Below are positions 27,883 through 32,000 of a DNA stretch of 32,000 nucleotides, in pieces. The number at the start of each line of letters is the position of its first letter. Within the stretch, counting starts at the first letter, position 1. The translations under genes were made by a program, and so were the position numbers. This DNA comes from Desulfobulbus propionicus DSM 2032 (GTDB lineage Bacteria; Desulfobacterota; Desulfobulbia; Desulfobulbales; Desulfobulbaceae). The notes beneath the pieces were generated by a model. It was not told where the DNA came from and ran no database searches. It was given only the letters and a program-made list of their open reading frames with translations. The stretch is from the NCBI RefSeq assembly GCF_000186885.1, contig NC_014972.1, forward strand, positions 1 through 32,000. The letters run 5' to 3'.

Positions 27883-28836
27883 TTATTCGTCCCAGATGGC
27901 GCTGAGGGTGTAGGGCGAACCGGAGCCGGTGAAAAAAGCGCCGTCGACAAAGCGGTAGCCCCGGTCCAGAGCGCCGATGTCGGCCATGTCCTGGGCGTCG
28001 AGCACCAGATCGGCGGCCGCCAGGTTCTGTCGCAGCCGTTCCGGGTTGACCGATTTGGGGATGACCACGGTCTTGCGGCCAAGGCCCCAGGCCAGCAGCA
28101 CCTGGGCCGGGGTGATCCCGTGCTTGGCCGCGATCCGTAGGATAACCGGATGGTCGAGCAGGGTCGGCTCGTCGCTCTTCTTCATGCCTGTGGGCCGGTC
28201 GCCCGAACCGAGCGGCGAATAGGCGGTAACCAGGATGCCGCGCTCCCGGCAGAAGGCGAGCATGGCCTCCTGCTGCAGATAGGGATGGAGCTCGATCTGG
28301 TTCATTGCCGGCTGGATGGTGGCAGCGTTGCAGAGGGCCTGGAGTTTTTTGAGACTGAAGTTGCACACCCCGATATTGCGCGTCAGCCCCTTGGCCACGC
28401 AAGCCTCCAGCGCTTTCCAGGTGGCGCTGATCGGCAGGTCGTCGAGAGCGACGTACTCGTCGCTGCGGCGGGGGAACATGACCCCTGGCTTGAAGTGCAC
28501 TGGCCAATGAATGAGATAGAGGTCGAGCGAGTCGACGCGAAGATCGGCCAGTGTTTTTTCCAGGGCCGGTTGCACCTGCTCCGGCGCATGGGCATCGTTC
28601 CACAGCTTGGAGGTCAGCCATAGGTCGGCCCGGCTGACCACGCCGGCGGCAATGGCTTCGGCCACCGCTTGGCCGATCTCGGGCTCGTTCTGGTAGATCG
28701 GAGCGCAGTCGATGTGGCGGTACCCGGCGGTCAGGGCATCCTTGACCGCGCCATAGACGGCGCCGGGCGCCGCTTTCCAGGTGCCGAGGCCCAGGACGGG
28801 AAGGCGGTCGCCGCTGTTGAGCGCATACGTTTGCAT
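27883..28836 (-). CDS. Aldo/keto reductase
   Basis: RLPVLGLGTWKA; YRHIDCAPIYQNEPEIG; LYLIHWPVHFKPG; IGVCNFSLKKLQAL; VIPKSVNPERLRQNL; AGAGGAG ribosome site before ATG. Confidence 0.93.
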   Translation of the reverse strand: MQTYALNSGDRLPVLGLGTWKAAPGAVYGAVKDALTAGYRHIDCAPIYQNEPEIGQAVAEAIAAGVVSRADLWLTSKLWNDAHAPEQVQPALEKTLADLRVDSLDLYLIHWPVHFKPGVMFPRRSDEYVALDDLPISATWKALEACVAKGLTRNIGVCNFSLKKLQALCNAATIQPAMNQIELHPYLQQEAMLAFCRERGILVTAYSPLGSGDRPTGMKKSDEPTLLDHPVILRIAAKHGITPAQVLLAWGLGRKTVVIPKSVNPERLRQNLAAADLVLDAQDMADIGALDRGYRFVDGAFFTGSGSPYTLSAIWDE

Positions 28837-29096
28837 GGTGTTCTCCTCTAACTGTTTCTCGGCGTGGCGGCAGGGAAAAAGAAGCCCGCGCGCAATCGTT
28901 TTGCCGAATTGAACGTTGCGAAAATTTACTGTAAAGAGCAGGTACGTATCCGTCAAATAAATTACAGCAGGCCTGAAGGCGGCGGCCGTAGCGAGGGAAA
29001 AGGGCGATCCGGGACTTTTTCGTTGCCGCGGTGGTCTTTTTCCCCGCGCGCGAAGTTGGCGCCGCCTAATCTGCACAGCACGCAAGCAGGGACGCG

Positions 29097-30482
29097 GTGT
29101 CGGAAATGAACCGAAGATCAGCGCACAATGAACATCTGCCGACACAATCAACCACGCGGCCACAAACCGTGGTGGTGGCGGACGACAGCGTCACCATGCG
29201 GACCATCATCCAGAAGGAGCTGGAGGCATCCGGGTTTACGGTCGTCACCTGCAGCGATGGACTGGAAACCCTGATGTCGCTGCGCGGGATGGAGACGCCG
29301 CCGGATCTGATCACCCTGGATATCGACATGCCGCGGATGGACGGCTTTGCCTGCTGCGAACAACTCCGGGCACTGGAGCGGCAGGGGCTGTTCGGCAATC
29401 CCGAGGCCCAGATTCCGGTGCTGTTTGTCAGCGCCAACGATACCTTTGAAAATCGCAGTCGCGGTTTTCACCTCGGCAGCCTGGAATTTATCTCCAAACC
29501 TTTTGACCGGGGCGATATCGCGGCCGCGGTCTGCAAGGTGTTGCGGCCGCAATCCATTTTTTCCGGCATGACCGCCCTGGTGGTCGACGACAACCAGAGC
29601 GTGCGCAAAATGGTCGGCGCCTGTCTCGAACGGATCGGCCTGTCGATCATTGAAGCGGTCAATGGCAGGCAGGCCTATGCTCGGATGCAGGAACATGTCG
29701 ACCGCATCGATCTGGCCATTGTCGATTTCGACATGCCGATCATGTGCGGGGATGAATTCATCCATCTCAGCCGCCAGCTTCCGGAAACCGAGCATTTGCC
29801 CATGCTGTCGCTCAGCGGTTCGGGCGACGCCAACGCGGTGTTGCGGATGTTCCGCGCTGGGGCCACCGATTATCTGGTCAAGCCGTTCATTGCCGAGGAA
29901 CTGCTGGCCAGGGTGCAGGTGCATCTGCAGCTCAGGCGTCACATGCGCCGCCTGGAGGAAATGAACAGGAATCTGTATGACAAGGCGGTGAACGATGCAC
30001 TGACCGGCCTGCGCAACAAACGCTATTTTCAGGAAGCCTTTGAGGAGGCCTTTGCCAGGGCCCAGCGTATCGGTATCGACGTCAGCTGCCTGTTTTTCGA
30101 CCTGGACCATTTCAAGCAGGTGAATGATACCTGTGGACACGGTTTTGGCGATTATGTCCTGAAAACCGTGGGCGCTTTGATCAAGGAAACGGTGCGCCGC
30201 GGTGACTTGGCCGCCCGATTCGGCGGTGAGGAATTCGTCGTTGCCCTGCCCAATACCGATCTGGGCCAGGCCAAATGCGTGGCCGAGAAGATTCGCCGGT
30301 TGATCGCCGCCCATCCCTTTCGCGACCAGGGGCTCCAGTGGCGGGTGACGGTGAGTATCGGCGTGGCTTCGCTCCTGAGCGCCCGGCCCTCCTCGGCGTG
30401 CGGCCTGCTGCAACTGGCCGATCAGGCGCTTTATCGTGCCAAGAGAGCCGGCCGCGACCGGGTGGAGACGGCTGAAAGCTGA
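29097..30482 (+). CDS. Response regulator with two receiver domains and a GGDEF (GGEEF) diguanylate cyclase domain
   Basis: REC1 VVVADDSVTMRTI, LITLDIDMPRMDG, FISKPFD; REC2 ALVVDDNQSVRKM, LAIVDFDMPIMCG, YLVKPF; ARFGGEEFVV with RxxD inhibitory site RRGD five residues upstream. Confidence 0.93.
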   Translation: MSEMNRRSAHNEHLPTQSTTRPQTVVVADDSVTMRTIIQKELEASGFTVVTCSDGLETLMSLRGMETPPDLITLDIDMPRMDGFACCEQLRALERQGLFGNPEAQIPVLFVSANDTFENRSRGFHLGSLEFISKPFDRGDIAAAVCKVLRPQSIFSGMTALVVDDNQSVRKMVGACLERIGLSIIEAVNGRQAYARMQEHVDRIDLAIVDFDMPIMCGDEFIHLSRQLPETEHLPMLSLSGSGDANAVLRMFRAGATDYLVKPFIAEELLARVQVHLQLRRHMRRLEEMNRNLYDKAVNDALTGLRNKRYFQEAFEEAFARAQRIGIDVSCLFFDLDHFKQVNDTCGHGFGDYVLKTVGALIKETVRRGDLAARFGGEEFVVALPNTDLGQAKCVAEKIRRLIAAHPFRDQGLQWRVTVSIGVASLLSARPSSACGLLQLADQALYRAKRAGRDRVETAES

Positions 30483-30496
30483 TCCAACGCCCGCGG

Positions 30497-31423
30497 TCAC
30501 TCCTGCGGGTCGTTGCCGCCCACCGGGTGGTAGTGGACATAGACCCGCCGGAGAAATTCGATGCGCGCCAGCAGGATGTCCTCCACCTGGGTGGCGATCC
30601 GGTCGCCCGCCCTGACGCTGAGATTGCCGTCGACTCCGATGGTGAGGTTGACCACCAGGTAGGGGCCGAAGCGATGGGCGTGCACTTCCTCGATATCCTC
30701 CACCCCGTTCACCTCGTGCAGGGCGGTGCGGATCTCCTGGGCCAGTTCGCGTCCGGGCAGGGTGTCCATGAGGTCATCGCTGGCCGACCGCAGGATCTCG
30801 ACGCCGGTGTGGAGGATGATGAGCGAGACGACCGCACCGGCCAGCGGATCGACCCATGGGAAGCCGAAGCGGCTGAACACGATGCCGATTGCCGCCGCCG
30901 ATGAGGCAAAGATGTCGTTGCGGTGGTCCTGGGCCAGGGCCAGGACGGCGACGTTGCCGGTGCGGCGGCTGATGCCGTAGGTCCAGAGAGTGAGGCCGCC
31001 TTTGAGCAGCACGGCGAACAGGGCAATCCACAAGGCGAGGAGGCTGGCTCCGGAGGCGTCCGTGCGCACGGTCAGCAGCTCATAGGCCGTATCCACCGAA
31101 TGCCAGAAGATGGCGATGGCGGTGGTGACGACAAAGGCCCCGACCACCACCGCGGCGATGCTTTCCAGCTGGTCGTGGCCGTAGGGATGTTCCCGGTCCG
31201 CCGGCTTACCGGACAGGCGGACAAAGATGGAGACCACGACGCCGTAGGCCACGTCCGAGGTCGAGTTGATGCCGTCGGCCAGCAGGGCCGGACTCTGGCC
31301 GACCACGCCGACCACGGCCTTGAGCACGGCCAGCAGGATGTTGGCGGCCAGCCCCACCTGGACCGCGAGCATGCTTGTGTGACGTCGCTGTTCCTCTGGA
31401 TTCAAATGCGGATGTTGCTGCAT
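30497..31423 (-). CDS. Cation diffusion facilitator family transporter
   Basis: [18 protein letters not shown]; [20 protein letters not shown]; [15 protein letters not shown]; C-terminal [28 protein letters not shown]. Confidence 0.93.
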   Translation of the reverse strand: MQQHPHLNPEEQRRHTSMLAVQVGLAANILLAVLKAVVGVVGQSPALLADGINSTSDVAYGVVVSIFVRLSGKPADREHPYGHDQLESIAAVVVGAFVVTTAIAIFWHSVDTAYELLTVRTDASGASLLALWIALFAVLLKGGLTLWTYGISRRTGNVAVLALAQDHRNDIFASSAAAIGIVFSRFGFPWVDPLAGAVVSLIILHTGVEILRSASDDLMDTLPGRELAQEIRTALHEVNGVEDIEEVHAHRFGPYLVVNLTIGVDGNLSVRAGDRIATQVEDILLARIEFLRRVYVHYHPVGGNDPQE

Positions 31424-31471
31424 GCAGCATGCTCCCGTGCCAGCCGTGTTTTTCCCGTCCCGGTCCCAATG

Positions 31472-31500
31472 TTGACGACCGATGCAATTTGCTGTCTTAT
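31472..31500 (+). promoter_or_regulatory. Putative sigma-70-type promoter upstream of fumC
   Basis: TTGACG (31472-31477), 17-nt spacer, TCTTAT (31495-31500). Confidence 0.35.
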
Positions 31501-31635
31501 ACCCAAATCCACAGCGGAAGTAATGAGTTTTTCACCGATGAACCGGGTGGGCTGCCGCGGCATATCCGCGAACACACCGTTGTGCCGGCTGAGAGGTCCA
31601 CGGCAATGGGGCAACACCACATGCGGAGGAATGAG

Positions 31636-32000
31636 ATGGAGTATCGCATCGAACAGGACACCATGGGCACGATCGAGGTTCCGGCCGATCGCCTCTGGGG
31701 CGCGCAGACCGAGCGCAGCCGCCGCAACTTCAACATCGGCGACGAGCGGATGCCGCTGGCGCTGGTGGACAGCCTGGTTCGCCTGAAACGGGCCTGCGCG
31801 GAGGTCAACCATCAGAAAGGCAAACTGCCGGCCGCGATCCGTGATCTGATTGTTCGCGCCTGCGACGAGATTCTCTCCGGGCAGCATGACCATGAATTTC
31901 CCCTTGCCGTCTGGCAGACCGGCAGCGGCACCCAGAGCAACATGAACGTCAACGAAGTGATCGCCAACCGGGCCGCCATCCTCGCCACCGGCAGCCTGGA
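31636..32000 (+). CDS. fumC: Fumarate hydratase class II, 5' part only (truncated by window end)
   Basis: Hand translation [40 protein letters not shown]...[21 protein letters not shown]; absent from the supplied ORF track because it runs off the window. Confidence 0.93.
   Translation, partial: MEYRIEQDTMGTIEVPADRLWGAQTERSRRNFNIGDERMPLALVDSLVRLKRACAEVNHQKGKLPAAIRDLIVRACDEILSGQHDHEFPLAVWQTGSGTQSNMNVNEVIANRAAILATGSL

Overview
This 32 kb, GC-rich window looks like ordinary chromosome from an anaerobic, probably sulfur-metabolising bacterium (lineage inferred from the Hdr/Mvh genes only). Left to right: soj/parA-parB; a translationally coupled CXXC-protein / polyferredoxin / SH3 trio; bioC-bioD; a structured AT-rich intergenic region; a complete hdrA-hdrC-hdrB-mvhD-mvhG-mvhA locus with a maturation peptidase; a minus-strand three-gene envelope module (secreted protein, two-TM protein, trypsin-like protease with three tandem beta-type repeats); a MazG-like gene, a phosphotransferase, an FKBP PPIase and tgt-yajC with a strong terminator; a spermidine-synthase-like gene; a minus-strand YhcC-like / FmdE-like / U32-like / U32 block; a small glycogen-binding-domain protein, gamma-carbonic anhydrase, a ModF-like ABC ATPase and an aldo/keto reductase; a PleD-like REC-REC-GGDEF protein; a CDF transporter; and the 5' end of fumC. 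The best candidate for an undescribed system is the protease module at 12607-16122. Other points worth checking are the non-consensus nickel-site motifs in MvhA, the C-x2-C-x22-C-x3-C motif in HdrA, the palindromes and tiny ORFs upstream of hdrA, the hairpin after mvhA, and the degenerate first ATPase domain of the ModF-like protein. I saw no CRISPR array, tRNA, rRNA or transposase.
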